This document shows, one piece after another, positions 8,628 through 18,257 of a stretch of 64,000 bases of DNA. The position numbers and the translations under genes are program-made. Source of the DNA: Bacillota bacterium (GTDB taxonomy: Bacteria > Bacillota > SHA-98 > UBA4971); assembly GCA_040752635.1 (NCBI GenBank), contig JBFMGS010000001.1:29645-93644 (forward strand), read 5' to 3'. How positions within the stretch are numbered: position 1 is the stretch's first letter; every line of letters begins with the position of its first letter. A model generated the notes under the pieces. It did not search any database, was not told where the DNA came from, and worked only from the letters and a program-made list of their open reading frames with translations.

Positions 8628-10880
8628 TCACTCTCCCTTGTTGTTCTTAAGAAGATCTCCGAACACGTCTCCCAGGGTGGGTCCCGCCTCATCCGGCTTG
8701 TCGGCGTACTTCTTGTAGGCCTGTTTGTCCCCTTCAGTCTGGGCCTCCTTCAAGCTCAGCCCGATCCGACGGTCACGCGGCCTCACGCTGATAACCTTCA
8801 CAGCCACCTCGTCCCCCGGTTTCACGACCTCCTCCGGCCGTGCTACCCTCCTGTCTGCAAGCTGAGATATGTGTATAAGTCCTTCGATCCCCGGCGCCAG
8901 GGCGACAAAAGCGCCGAAATCAGCGAGTTTGGTCACCTTGCCGGTGACGATGCTACCCACGGGATACCGCGTGGTCACCTCGTCCCACGGGTCGGGCAAC
9001 GTCTGCTTGAGCCCGAGGGAAACCCTCTCACGCTCGAGATCGACAGACAGCACCTTAACCTTGACGTGGTCTCCTTCAGAGACAACGTCGCGGGGATCGT
9101 TCGTCCTGGTCCATGCCATGTCAGAAACATGAAGGAGTCCCTCGACGCCCTCGCCGATATCCACAAACGCACCGAAGCTAACGACGCGCTTCACGACGCC
9201 ACCTACGACATCGCCTTCCTTGAGCGACGCAAGCACCCTTCGCCTGGCCTCCGCCTCCTCTTGTTCCTGCACAAGGCGCGCCGACAACACGACGTTCCTC
9301 TTCTCCCGGTCGGCCTCGAGAACCTTCATGCGCAGGGTCTTGCCAACCAGAGGTGACAAATCCTGCATGGGGTGGCGGCTTGCATGCGATGCGGGGACAA
9401 ACCCTCGCAGGCCAACATCAACGACTACGCCGCCTTTCACGACGTCGGTGACTTCCCCCTCGACGACCTCGCCGGTCTCGAGCGCTCTTGAGATCGTCAC
9501 CCAGGCGCGTTCCGTATCAGCCTTTCTCTTGGAGAGACGGGGCCTCCCCTCTTTATCTTCCAGCTTCTCGACGAGGACCTCTATATCCTGGCCGACCTCA
9601 ACCACGCCGACGCAGGACTGCACCGGCCTCCTTGATATCTCCGACCTTGGCACCACACCTTCTGATTTCAGCCCGATATTGACAAGGACCTGGTCGGGCT
9701 CGACATCCACAACTCTGCCCGTAACGATATCGCCTTCCGATATCTCCCGCTCGATGGGCACCTCTTCCGGCTCCCCGGGCGTAGCCGGCTCGGCTGGCCC
9801 CTCTAGCCTCCCCGGTCCTTCGAGCGCATGCGCCCCTGCTTCAAGACTATCGACGACTGTCTGCTCGCAAGCTGGCTCTGCCTCCCGCACGTCCTGGTCG
9901 CGAGACGCTGCTTCGTCGTCAGTACGGCGCCCGCTTTCCGCGTTCTCCGATTCGACGTTTTCCCTGGATACTGCTAGATCCTTTCCTTCGTCTTGTACGA
10001 TCTCTGGTTCCTCCCTTTCGTCCTTCCTGGCTTCGCCCAGAACGCTCATCCTCTCTATGACCTCCTCAATAACCCAATTCGGCGTCGATGCCCCCGCCGC
10101 GATTCCTACCTTTTCCACACCTGCGAGATCCAGAGAGCCCAGTTCGGTTGCGTCCTCAATCTGGTAGACTCTCGGTCCCTCGGCTCCGCAGATCTCGGCG
10201 AGTCTGCGCGTGTTCGCACTCGCTCGCCCCCCTATCACAATCATGGCATCTACTGACCGTGCCACCTCACGCGCTGCCTGTTGCCTTTCTTCGGTTGCGT
10301 TACAGATGGTATTGTAGGCCACAAGCTCTTTCGCCCGTAAGGCAAGGGCGGCGAGCACCTGGCGAAACGCTTCCACAGTCTGGGTGGTCTGGCAAACGAC
10401 ACCGACCCTGGGCTTGACGAGGCCAGAAGCGACGTCCTCGGGAGACTTGACAACGCGGGCTTTACCCCCGGCCCACCCCATGAGACCCATGACTTCTGTG
10501 TGACCTTCGTCTCCGACGATGAACACCTGGTAACCACGGTGTTTCAGATCCGCAACCAGCCTTTGAGTCCTACGGACGTACGGGCAGGTTGCGTGCACCA
10601 CCTTAAGCCCACGCTTCCGGGCCTCCGCGAGGATGCCCGGCGGCAGACCATGTGACGGAACCACAAGGCACCCTTCCGGGATCTCGTCCAGTCCCGAAAC
10701 CGATACTATACCTTTCTCCCTCAACCTTTGTACCACGTGCGGGTTATGGACAAGCGGCCCAAGGGTAAAGGCTGCGCCTTCAGAACTCGCCTTCTCTGCG
10801 ATTTCCACTGCGCGGCGCACCCCGTAACAGAATCCGGTTCGGCCGCTCACACTAAGACGCAATCCGTTCTTCCCTCTCAC
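8628..10880 (-). CDS. ispH-rpsA: bifunctional 4-hydroxy-3-methylbut-2-enyl diphosphate reductase (IspH/LytB) fused to 30S ribosomal protein S1 domains
   Basis: The N-terminal ~285 aa match IspH (GFCYGVRRAVEIAE, HNPHVV, three Cys ligands). The C-terminal half contains four S1 repeats (GDVVGGVVKRVVSFGAFVDIG and similar). This fusion is known from Clostridia. Confidence 0.9.
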   Translation of the reverse strand: MRGKNGLRLSVSGRTGFCYGVRRAVEIAEKASSEGAAFTLGPLVHNPHVVQRLREKGIVSVSGLDEIPEGCLVVPSHGLPPGILAEARKRGLKVVHATCPYVRRTQRLVADLKHRGYQVFIVGDEGHTEVMGLMGWAGGKARVVKSPEDVASGLVKPRVGVVCQTTQTVEAFRQVLAALALRAKELVAYNTICNATEERQQAAREVARSVDAMIVIGGRASANTRRLAEICGAEGPRVYQIEDATELGSLDLAGVEKVGIAAGASTPNWVIEEVIERMSVLGEARKDEREEPEIVQDEGKDLAVSRENVESENAESGRRTDDEAASRDQDVREAEPACEQTVVDSLEAGAHALEGPGRLEGPAEPATPGEPEEVPIEREISEGDIVTGRVVDVEPDQVLVNIGLKSEGVVPRSEISRRPVQSCVGVVEVGQDIEVLVEKLEDKEGRPRLSKRKADTERAWVTISRALETGEVVEGEVTDVVKGGVVVDVGLRGFVPASHASRHPMQDLSPLVGKTLRMKVLEADREKRNVVLSARLVQEQEEAEARRRVLASLKEGDVVGGVVKRVVSFGAFVDIGEGVEGLLHVSDMAWTRTNDPRDVVSEGDHVKVKVLSVDLERERVSLGLKQTLPDPWDEVTTRYPVGSIVTGKVTKLADFGAFVALAPGIEGLIHISQLADRRVARPEEVVKPGDEVAVKVISVRPRDRRIGLSLKEAQTEGDKQAYKKYADKPDEAGPTLGDVFGDLLKNNKGE

Positions 10881-10925
10881 CTATTATCTCCCGACACCGT
10901 GCAAAAACCAACTCGCCACCTAATC

Positions 10926-11552
10926 CTATACTCCACCCGCGATGAGCTCTGCTATGTGCCTCATCATAACATCCTTGACGTCAGCAAACTCCTGTCTTTC
11001 GCCTTCTCCCAGCGACAAGCCGCCAGCCGACCCCGCAGCGTATATCGGCCGTCCCACACGCACGGTGATCCGCCCGTGCCTTGGGATAGTCGCGCCTTTC
11101 CGCATGATCCTGCCCGTGCCGACAATGCCTACCGGCACGACAGGTGCGCCGGTCTTTTCCGCAAGGATGGCTGCGCCGGAATACGGCGGCTGAAGCTCTC
11201 CGTTCACGCTTCTCGTGCCCTCGGGAAACATGCCGAGGACCTGACCTCTTGAGAGCACTTCAAACGCCGTGTGAAACGCCTCTTTGTCGGCATGTCCCCG
11301 CCTGACCGGAAACGCCCCCAGACGGGTCAGAACATACGCGAACAGCCGGTTCGAGAAAAGCTCGTGCTTTGCCATAAACCTGATCGGCCTACTGATCGCG
11401 CATCCGAGAACTATCGGATCAAGCATGCTCAGGTGGTTTGCAACCAGTATCACAGGTCCTTGCCTGGGGACGTTTTCACGCCCCTCGACCCTTATCTTGA
11501 ACGCGATCCTAAGGATAACCCGCAACAGTGCTCGGGCGGTCGCGTAGAACAA
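10926..11552 (-). CDS. plsC: 1-acyl-sn-glycerol-3-phosphate acyltransferase
   Basis: An NHxxxxD acyltransferase motif (VANHLSMLDP) and an FPEGTR motif. Confidence 0.85.
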   Translation of the reverse strand: MFYATARALLRVILRIAFKIRVEGRENVPRQGPVILVANHLSMLDPIVLGCAISRPIRFMAKHELFSNRLFAYVLTRLGAFPVRRGHADKEAFHTAFEVLSRGQVLGMFPEGTRSVNGELQPPYSGAAILAEKTGAPVVPVGIVGTGRIMRKGATIPRHGRITVRVGRPIYAAGSAGGLSLGEGERQEFADVKDVMMRHIAELIAGGV

Positions 11553-11553
11553 A

Positions 11554-12282
11554 CTAGCTCCTCCTTGATTCTGGCAGCCCCTTGAGCTTTTCTGCGACGA
11601 GCCTTGCTACCTCAGCGATGGTCTCATCGGGGGTCTTTCCAGTGGTGTCTATGATCATGGCATCGGGGGCCGGTCGCAGCGGCGCAGTTTCCCTCTGGCT
11701 GTCGATCCTGTCCCGACGGGCTATCTCCTCGATCACGGATTTCTCCGGAGCATCATACCCCCGCGCGCGGGCTTGGGCGACTCGCCTGCGCACCCTCTCA
11801 TCCAGCGCGGCGACGAGAAATATCTTGAGGTCCGCGTCAGGCATCACAACCGTGCCGATATCCCTTCCATCCATCACGACGCCGCCCTCGCGACCGATGG
11901 CCCGCTGTAGCTCGAGGAGAGCGTCTCTTACCCCGCGTACCTGCGCCACGTCCGATACGCGCGCGTCTACTGCTGGCGAGGATATGTCATCGCTCACGTC
12001 TTCACCGTCAAGAAAGGTCCTGGAGTCGCCGTGAGCACCCGAACGTATCTCAACTTTGGTATCTCTCGCGAGAGCCGTGAGCGCCTGCTCGGAGAAGATG
12101 TCAACCCCACAGCGGAGCACCTTTAGAGTCAAAGCCCGGTAAATGTGACCGGTGCTGACGTAGCGGAGCCCGAACATCCTGGCAATGGCCTTCGCCACAG
12201 TGCTCTTGCCTGCCCCTGCGGGACCGTCAATGGCGATCACAGGACTCCTTGAGCTAACTTTTGCCATATTCGACATATGCAC
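11554..12282 (-). CDS. cmk: cytidylate kinase
   Basis: P-loop IAIDGPAGAGKSTVAK and the Cmk family body. The true start may be the internal MAKVSS. Confidence 0.9.
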   Translation of the reverse strand: MHMSNMAKVSSRSPVIAIDGPAGAGKSTVAKAIARMFGLRYVSTGHIYRALTLKVLRCGVDIFSEQALTALARDTKVEIRSGAHGDSRTFLDGEDVSDDISSPAVDARVSDVAQVRGVRDALLELQRAIGREGGVVMDGRDIGTVVMPDADLKIFLVAALDERVRRRVAQARARGYDAPEKSVIEEIARRDRIDSQRETAPLRPAPDAMIIDTTGKTPDETIAEVARLVAEKLKGLPESRRS

Positions 12283-12341
12283 TCTGATTCCTCTTCCCCC
12301 ACCAGGAATTCCCTCGCGTGAATTCCGAAAACTTCTGCGGC

Positions 12342-12566
12342 CTAGCGATGTTGTGTGGTAGAGCGAGATGCTCCGACCTGTACCACGCGAAGTTTCACAC
12401 CCTCGAGACGATCAGCCCAGCTAAACCTGGACCTGCCTTCCTCCGTGAGCAGCACGGCCTGGCCAACCACCACGAGCACCAGGAGAACGAAAAGTACGAC
12501 TCGAAACCCCTTTTCGAGGCGCTCAAGCAGACGATCCAAGACCTTAGCATCCTCGTCCCGGTTCAA
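12342..12566 (-). CDS. small single-TM membrane protein (hypothetical), TTG start overlapping the stop of the upstream flavoprotein gene
   Basis: 74 aa with a charged N-terminus, one hydrophobic helix (VVLFVLLVLVVVGQAVLL) and a TTGA start/stop overlap with the 12563..13849 gene. This is a coding-potential guess only. Confidence 0.3.
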   Translation of the reverse strand: MNRDEDAKVLDRLLERLEKGFRVVLFVLLVLVVVGQAVLLTEEGRSRFSWADRLEGVKLRVVQVGASRSTTQHR

Positions 12567-13849
12567 TGTGTACCGCCCCTCGCGGCAGCGGAGAACCCGG
12601 CGACATACCCTGTGGAAAACGCAGCCTGCAAGTTGAACCCCCCGGTCCTGCCGTCCACATCTATCACTTCTCCGGCGAAATACAAGCCTTCTACCAGCTT
12701 GGATTCCATCGTGCGCGGATCGATCTCACCCACGCTCACCCCACCCGCAGTTACGATGCCTTCCTCGTCAGGCCGCGTCTTCGTCACAGTGAGCGCAAGG
12801 CCTTTGAGGACCCTGCCCAGGGATAGCCTTTCCTCTCGCGTGATGTGGGATACCGGCCTGGTCTCGAGTATCCCTGCCTCGCGTATTATAACTGGGGCAA
12901 GCGCTATCGGTACGAGGTCGAACAGCGCGTTCTGAATGCGCCGTTTGAAGTAACGGTCAAGAGCTCGTCGGATATGCTCATCAAGCCCTGGTAGTGTAAG
13001 ATCGGGCTTGAGGTCGATAACGATGTTGACCGGGCCCTCTCCCTGTGCAACCGCGAGTGCGATCTCCCTTGAAAGCGCAAGGATGGCCGGCCCTGACACT
13101 CCAAAATGTGTGAAAAGCATATCGCCGAATTCCGTCTCCAACGTGCGACTTGATACAACCGACCTGACAGTCACGCCCCGAAGCGCGAGGCCTGCAAGCC
13201 CGTCCACCCAGGGTTCTGATACCTCGAGCGGCACCAGAGCAGCCCTCGGCGGAACAATAGTGTGGCCCACCCCGGCGGCCATCGCGTAGCCGTCGCCGGT
13301 CGAGCCGGTCATGGGGTAGGTTATCCCTCCGGTCGCAATTATCGCAGCATCACACGATATGAGCCCCGGCCTGTCCGGTATTCTTCCAGCGATTACGCCC
13401 CGTACCTTTCCATCTTTCACATAGATACGTTCGGCCTTCCAGGCGCACCTCGTCTCGACGCCGTTCTTCCTTGCGTAGGTAGTGAGCGCGCCCAACACAT
13501 CGCGCCCTACGCCCGAGAACGGGAACACTCGCCCTTCGCCCTCCACTCTGCTCTCGACGCCAAGGCTGCGAAAAAACGCTCTCAGGCCTGTGGAATCAAG
13601 CCGGGAAAAGGCGGAATACAGAAACCTCCCGTTCCCGGGCATCCCGGCCACGAGACCGTCTACGTCTGTATCGTTTGTAAAGTTGCACCTGCCGTTGCCG
13701 GTGATGAGGAGTTTGCGCCCGACATCGGGGTTGCGTTCAAGCAGGATGACCTGCGCGCCTCTGGCGGCTGCGGTCCCGGCCGCCATAAGACCTGCTGGGC
13801 CTCCGCCTACGACTATCACGCGCCTCCCGCGGTTCCGGTGTGCCCTCAA
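12563..13849 (-). CDS. NAD(P)/FAD-dependent oxidoreductase, HI0933/YhiN (BaiN-like) family flavoprotein
   Basis: N-terminal FAD-binding motif VIVVGGGPAGLMAAGTAAARG and the HI0933 family body. Confidence 0.85.
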   Translation of the reverse strand: MRAHRNRGRRVIVVGGGPAGLMAAGTAAARGAQVILLERNPDVGRKLLITGNGRCNFTNDTDVDGLVAGMPGNGRFLYSAFSRLDSTGLRAFFRSLGVESRVEGEGRVFPFSGVGRDVLGALTTYARKNGVETRCAWKAERIYVKDGKVRGVIAGRIPDRPGLISCDAAIIATGGITYPMTGSTGDGYAMAAGVGHTIVPPRAALVPLEVSEPWVDGLAGLALRGVTVRSVVSSRTLETEFGDMLFTHFGVSGPAILALSREIALAVAQGEGPVNIVIDLKPDLTLPGLDEHIRRALDRYFKRRIQNALFDLVPIALAPVIIREAGILETRPVSHITREERLSLGRVLKGLALTVTKTRPDEEGIVTAGGVSVGEIDPRTMESKLVEGLYFAGEVIDVDGRTGGFNLQAAFSTGYVAGFSAAARGGTH

Positions 13850-13877
13850 CGCCTCACCAACCTCCCACAGCGCATTC

Positions 13878-14642
13878 TCACTGCCGGACGCTCTCTTGCG
13901 GCTGCGGTTCCTTTTCCGCCAGTACTTTAGCCACGAGCCGCCGCACCCAGCGGACTTCGGAGTTTGTGAGGCGCCGCCACTTCCCCACAGGCAGGTCGCC
14001 CAGGGTCAACCCACCAAGGCGCGTTCTCTTCAGATGGATCACGGGGTGCCCGATCGCCTGAAGCATGTTCCGCACCTCCCGCTTCCTGCCCTCATGGATC
14101 TGGATCTCCAGCACGGAGGCCCCGCGGGAGCTGCTCACGATCCTTACCTTCGACGGCGCTGTGACTATGCCGCCGAGATTAACGCCCCGACTAAGCGCCT
14201 CAAGCTCACGCGCCCCTGGCACCCCTGCTACCTTGGCTATGTAAGTTTTCGGGACCTCGAACTTCGGGTGTGTCAGGGCATACGCTGCGTCCCCGTCGTT
14301 CGTAAGAAGGAGGAGCCCTTCGGTGTCCAGATCCAGCCTGCCTACGGGGAAAAGCCGTGTACCTGCGGAGGGAATAAGGTCGAGCACTGTGGGGCGCATC
14401 TCCGGATCGTGCGCAGTAGAGAGATATCCGGCGGGTTTGTTGAGCAAGAGATAGACTTTCCTGTCCCCGGGTCTGACCGGTTCTCCGTCAACCTTGATCT
14501 CGACGCGCTCAGGATCCAGCCGCGCGCCCGGCTCAGTAACGATCTTCCCATCAACCTCCACCCGGCCTGCGCGGATGATCTCCGCACTATGCCTGCGCGA
14601 GGCGATCCCTGCACTCGAAAGCACCTTTTGCAGTCGCTCCAT
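13878..14642 (-). CDS. rluB: 23S rRNA pseudouridine synthase, RluB/RsuA family with S4 domain
   Basis: S4 domain (MERLQKVLSSAGIASRR) and the RsuA catalytic region (GRLDLDTEGLLLLTNDG). The start is set at MERLQK (internal Met of ORF 13878..14801). Confidence 0.85.
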   Translation of the reverse strand: MERLQKVLSSAGIASRRHSAEIIRAGRVEVDGKIVTEPGARLDPERVEIKVDGEPVRPGDRKVYLLLNKPAGYLSTAHDPEMRPTVLDLIPSAGTRLFPVGRLDLDTEGLLLLTNDGDAAYALTHPKFEVPKTYIAKVAGVPGARELEALSRGVNLGGIVTAPSKVRIVSSSRGASVLEIQIHEGRKREVRNMLQAIGHPVIHLKRTRLGGLTLGDLPVGKWRRLTNSEVRWVRRLVAKVLAEKEPQPQESVRQ

Positions 14643-14661
14643 CACAAGACCACCAGACCCG

Positions 14662-15321
14662 TTACCTCGTCCTCTTGAGCATGTCGAGGCTCTCGGTGGA
14701 CCCCAGAACCACCAGGATGTCACCCTCGTGCACCCTGTCGTCCGCGCCCGGCGACACCTTGACGTCGTCGCCGGATCGAATTGCAACCACATTGGCGCCA
14801 TAGCGCGCTCTCAAGTTCAGGTCGCGAAGGGTCTTGTTTGCAAAGTCTTCTGTGGCAACAATCTCCGCAACGCCATAGTCGGGCGACAGCTCAATGTACT
14901 CCAGAATATTCGATGAGGCGAGGCTGTTGGCAAGCCTGATTCCCATGTCCCGCTCGGGGTAGACCACGCGGTCGACCCCCAGTTTCTCCAGCAACCTGCC
15001 GTGAAGCTCGTCGGCGGCTTTTGCAACCACGAGCCCGATTCCGATCTCCTTCAGTATCAGGCTCGCGAGGATGCTCGCCCTGATATCCTGGCCGATAGTT
15101 ACAACAGCCACATCAACGTTGCGGATGCCGATCGCCCTGAGCGCTTCCTCGTCAGTTGCATCAGCCTGGACAGCATGAGTGACCGAATCCGCCAGATGCT
15201 GGATCTTGTCAGGATCCTTGTCAATGGCAAGTACCTCGTGGCCCATCTCGGCAAGAGCACGTGCCACACTGGCGCCAAACTTCCCAAGACCGATGACTGC
15301 AAACTGCCGCACCAACATCAT
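14662..15321 (-). CDS. ktrA: Trk/Ktr potassium uptake system NAD-binding subunit
   Basis: A GxGxxG Rossmann motif (FAVIGLGKFG) and RCK_N/RCK_C domains. The start is set at MMLVRQ. Confidence 0.8.
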   Translation of the reverse strand: MMLVRQFAVIGLGKFGASVARALAEMGHEVLAIDKDPDKIQHLADSVTHAVQADATDEEALRAIGIRNVDVAVVTIGQDIRASILASLILKEIGIGLVVAKAADELHGRLLEKLGVDRVVYPERDMGIRLANSLASSNILEYIELSPDYGVAEIVATEDFANKTLRDLNLRARYGANVVAIRSGDDVKVSPGADDRVHEGDILVVLGSTESLDMLKRTR

Positions 15322-15510
15322 CCCCACCCCTGCTAAGCAACAGCCGCCGGGCTCCTCATGGCGCCTGTAACAGCAGCAAAAGGGTGCCGCCCGCACAGCC
15401 GCCTGGGGTACCCCGTCGAGAAAGATTTTATAGCACAATGTGGAAGAATGCAACCGACCGAAAGCAAGTTGCCGCGGCCGGCCTCCGGCGGGGGAGGTCG
15501 GGTTGGAGTG

Positions 15511-15534
15511 CAAAAAAGCCCGGTACCACCCGGG
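15511..15534 (-). terminator. intrinsic terminator after ytfJ
   Basis: On the minus strand, a CCCGGGUGGUACCGGG hairpin is followed by UUUUUUGCAC. Confidence 0.5.
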
Positions 15535-15572
15535 CCGCGGTTTACGAAACGGGGTGTGGCATTGTCGCTATT

Positions 15573-16055
15573 CTACTGGACGGCGCCCTGAACGTTCGGC
15601 CTGGGGGGTGAAGCCTGCGGTTCTGCCTGCCGCTTGCGGCCGGATATCTGGCCAAGGAGCGACGGCACCACGTCGATCAGCCTGTCTATGATCGCGCCGC
15701 CGTCCACCGGCAGCGCCCTGATCTGCCCCTGGCCAACAACGAGAAAAGCGACGGGCTGGACCGTTATGCCCGCTCCGGCTCCGCCGCCAAAGGGAAGCCC
15801 ACCTGCCTGTTCATTCGTCTGGGCACCTCCCTGCCCTGCTTGGTTCCTCTGAGCAGTGCCCTGGCCGGCTTGTCGGTCTCCCGTTGGAAACTCGCTCCCG
15901 CCTGCCGCAAACCCGAACGTCACGCGGGATACCGGCAGAACGACAGTCCCGTCAGGCGTCTCCACGGGGTCGCCGAGGATGGTGTTGACGTCCACCATTT
16001 CTTTGATGCTTTCCATGGTTGTCTTCATAAGCGCTTCTATTGGGTGATCTGGCAT
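15573..16055 (-). CDS. ytfJ: sporulation protein YtfJ (GerW family)
   Basis: The N-terminus HPIEALMKTTMESIKEMVDVNTILGDPV matches the YtfJ family, followed by a Gly-rich middle region. Confidence 0.75.
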   Translation of the reverse strand: MPDHPIEALMKTTMESIKEMVDVNTILGDPVETPDGTVVLPVSRVTFGFAAGGSEFPTGDRQAGQGTAQRNQAGQGGAQTNEQAGGLPFGGGAGAGITVQPVAFLVVGQGQIRALPVDGGAIIDRLIDVVPSLLGQISGRKRQAEPQASPPRPNVQGAVQ

Positions 16056-16091
16056 ACTCGCGGTCGCCTCCTGTACCGGTCTCGCCTCAAC

Positions 16092-16838
16092 TTACCTGTC
16101 CCCAGACCGTCTGGCCCCGGCCCGCGGTCCGGCCCGGGCCTTACCCCCTCTTCTTCGGCCGGCCTGGATGCCTCGGAGGATAATATAACCTGGGGTCACC
16201 GCCACTATGCAGTGCACAGACGCATCCAGACCTGCTCTGTCGTACCTGGGCGTGATGAGGATATCGGGCTTACCGGCAGGAAAGCGAAGCAGCACAGGGG
16301 ACGCGGCCAGCACTCCGCTTATCAGGGCATATGCAACACCCACCCCTATGGCGCTGGTTGCAGCCTCACCTGATCCAAACTCCATCCGAACCTCCAGCTT
16401 CCAAACGTCGAGCCCCGTTGCTCTGACCCCGAGGTAGAGGAACCGAGCTATGCGGCGGCCCACACGTCTGGAACGCGACGACTTTCGGCTATCGGGCGCC
16501 TGCGGGAAGGCCTCTTCGCCCTGCGCACCCAGGGCCTTCACCAGATTCTGGAGCTCGGAAAGCCATTTGGAAACGACGGACGCACCGTCCTCTATGCGGC
16601 CAGGATGGCCCACATCAGCAGGAGAACCGACATGATCCCGGTCAGACTGAGAGCGGGGGACCTTTCGGAAGACTGGAACCCAGATTAGCCCGTACAGTAT
16701 GCCTACCCACACCCGAACCGAATTACGCCTGCCGCGTCTTTCGAAAAGCACAGACACTTTCAAAGGCAAGAGGAGAACAATGAGCAAGATCGCGGGAGCT
16801 GCCAGGGCGCCAATAGCGGCAACAACATACCATCGCAA
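16092..16838 (-). CDS. ytfI: DUF2953 (YtfI-like) sporulation-associated membrane protein
   Basis: Position upstream of ytfJ as in the Bacillus ytfI-ytfJ pair, plus an N-terminal TM segment. The family assignment is by synteny and memory. Confidence 0.45.
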   Translation of the reverse strand: MRWYVVAAIGALAAPAILLIVLLLPLKVSVLFERRGRRNSVRVWVGILYGLIWVPVFRKVPRSQSDRDHVGSPADVGHPGRIEDGASVVSKWLSELQNLVKALGAQGEEAFPQAPDSRKSSRSRRVGRRIARFLYLGVRATGLDVWKLEVRMEFGSGEAATSAIGVGVAYALISGVLAASPVLLRFPAGKPDILITPRYDRAGLDASVHCIVAVTPGYIILRGIQAGRRRGGKARAGPRAGARRSGDR

Positions 16839-16903
16839 TCGCGTCGCCTCCGCCCATATGTTCAGGGGCCCACACCCGTCACCGGGAAAGCCGTCCCTCT
16901 ATC

Positions 16904-17524
16904 CTACTTTCCCCTGGCGTGGTAAGCGGTATTCTTCTGGCTTTGCGCAGGTTGGCGGCTGGAGCGCAGGTCGAGGCCGGGCAAAACAGCACTTTCGCCC
17001 TCGAGCGGAGGCAGATCATCGAGGGACGCCAGGCCGAACCAACGCAGGAACTCACGAGTCGTGCCATAAAGGATGGGCCTTCCCGCTGCTTTTTTCCGGC
17101 CAGCAGGGCGCACGAGCCCGCGCTCAATCAGCGTGGCAAGGACACCGTCCACCTTGACGCCCCGGATCCTCTCGATCTCAGCCTTCGTGATAGGTTGCCT
17201 GTACGCTATCATGGCGAGCGTCTCAAGCGCGGCCCGGGACAGCCTCTGCCGCACGCCAACGCTGAGCCTGGCTATGTATGCGGCATGCTCCGGCCTTGTC
17301 GCCATCTGGTACCCGCCCGCCACGTACACAACCTGCATGCCGCGGCCTTCCCGATCATACTCCTTGCGCAGGTCGTCCAGAATCACGTGCGCGCTCCGGG
17401 GGTCAATCCCCAGGATTTCTCCGATTTCTTTCGCAGTGACGGGTCGGGGGGAGGCGAAAACCATCGCCTCGATGGCCGACTTCGCTTCTCTATACTCCAC
17501 CGGCCGACCCTCCAGGCGCAGCAT
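16904..17524 (-). CDS. scpB: segregation and condensation protein B
   Basis: ScpB winged-helix repeats (EAMVFASPRPVTAKEIGEIL ... RPILYGTTREFLRWFGL). The start is at MLRLEGRPVEY. Confidence 0.9.
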   Translation of the reverse strand: MLRLEGRPVEYREAKSAIEAMVFASPRPVTAKEIGEILGIDPRSAHVILDDLRKEYDREGRGMQVVYVAGGYQMATRPEHAAYIARLSVGVRQRLSRAALETLAMIAYRQPITKAEIERIRGVKVDGVLATLIERGLVRPAGRKKAAGRPILYGTTREFLRWFGLASLDDLPPLEGESAVLPGLDLRSSRQPAQSQKNTAYHARGK

Positions 17525-18257
17525 GTATGAGGATCTCTCCGAAGCGCGAGTCCTGGCGCACAACCACCCTGGCGAGCCTGATGAGTTCCAAGAGTGCAAG
17601 GAAAACGGCTATAACCTCTGGCCGGCTGGCGGGACCTGAGAAAAGCTCTCTGAAGGAGAGCTTACCTCTGTGGTGAAGCCGCGCCAGGATAGCATCCATT
17701 TTCTCTTCGATGGCAAGGTCGTCGGTGGGAAGCGCGGTAAACTCTTCCTCAGGCATGCCCTTCAGAACATCGCGAAGCGCGGAGATGAGATCTCCCAGGC
17801 CAACCTCTGTTGGCGCGGGGGCGTCTCCCGGTCCCGGCGGCGTCGAGTCTCTCCAGAACACAGAGCGCCACGTCTCCTCACGCCTTGCAAGCTCTTCTAT
17901 AGCCCTCTTAAATACGCGATACTCCATCAGGAGAGCAATGAGGCCATCGTTGGGATCATCCTCATCCTCGCCCTCGTGCGCCGGGCTGCTGGCGGCTGCT
18001 GGAGAGGAGTCGCCCGACATAGTCTCAGGCGGCAGGAGCGCTTTCGATTTTGCATGTATCAGCGCGCTCGCAGCGGCGAGGAAACTTCCCATGTCATCTA
18101 GGGAAGGTTTTCTCCCTCTACGCATTTCCTCAAGGCACGTCAGGACTGCATCGTGCACGGAGACGGATAGGGGATCGATCTCTCCTTTCTCAATGGCTCG
18201 CGCGAGGTCCTCGATGGACCCCGAAAACCCCGGGAGGCTGACTACACCCCTGGTCAA
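17490..18257 (-). CDS. scpA: segregation and condensation protein A
   Basis: ScpA family body. Its end overlaps the scpB start and its start overlaps the trpS stop. Confidence 0.9.
   Translation of the reverse strand: MTRGVVSLPGFSGSIEDLARAIEKGEIDPLSVSVHDAVLTCLEEMRRGRKPSLDDMGSFLAAASALIHAKSKALLPPETMSGDSSPAAASSPAHEGEDEDDPNDGLIALLMEYRVFKRAIEELARREETWRSVFWRDSTPPGPGDAPAPTEVGLGDLISALRDVLKGMPEEEFTALPTDDLAIEEKMDAILARLHHRGKLSFRELFSGPASRPEVIAVFLALLELIRLARVVVRQDSRFGEILIHAAPGGSAGGV

Noticed and set aside
13482-14678. 398-aa plus-strand ORF and other long antisense ORFs (3350..4084, 7313..8437, 9220..10167, 26777..27496, 32481..33305, 58903..59514, 60008..60757)
   Set aside because: They are antisense to well-supported genes (HI0933 flavoprotein/rluB, DUF512, spoIIP/DUF1614, ispH-rpsA, spoVAC/D, xerD, nudF, DUF3866). 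Their composition is low-complexity, Pro/Arg/Ser-rich, and typical of the reverse frames of GC-rich coding DNA.
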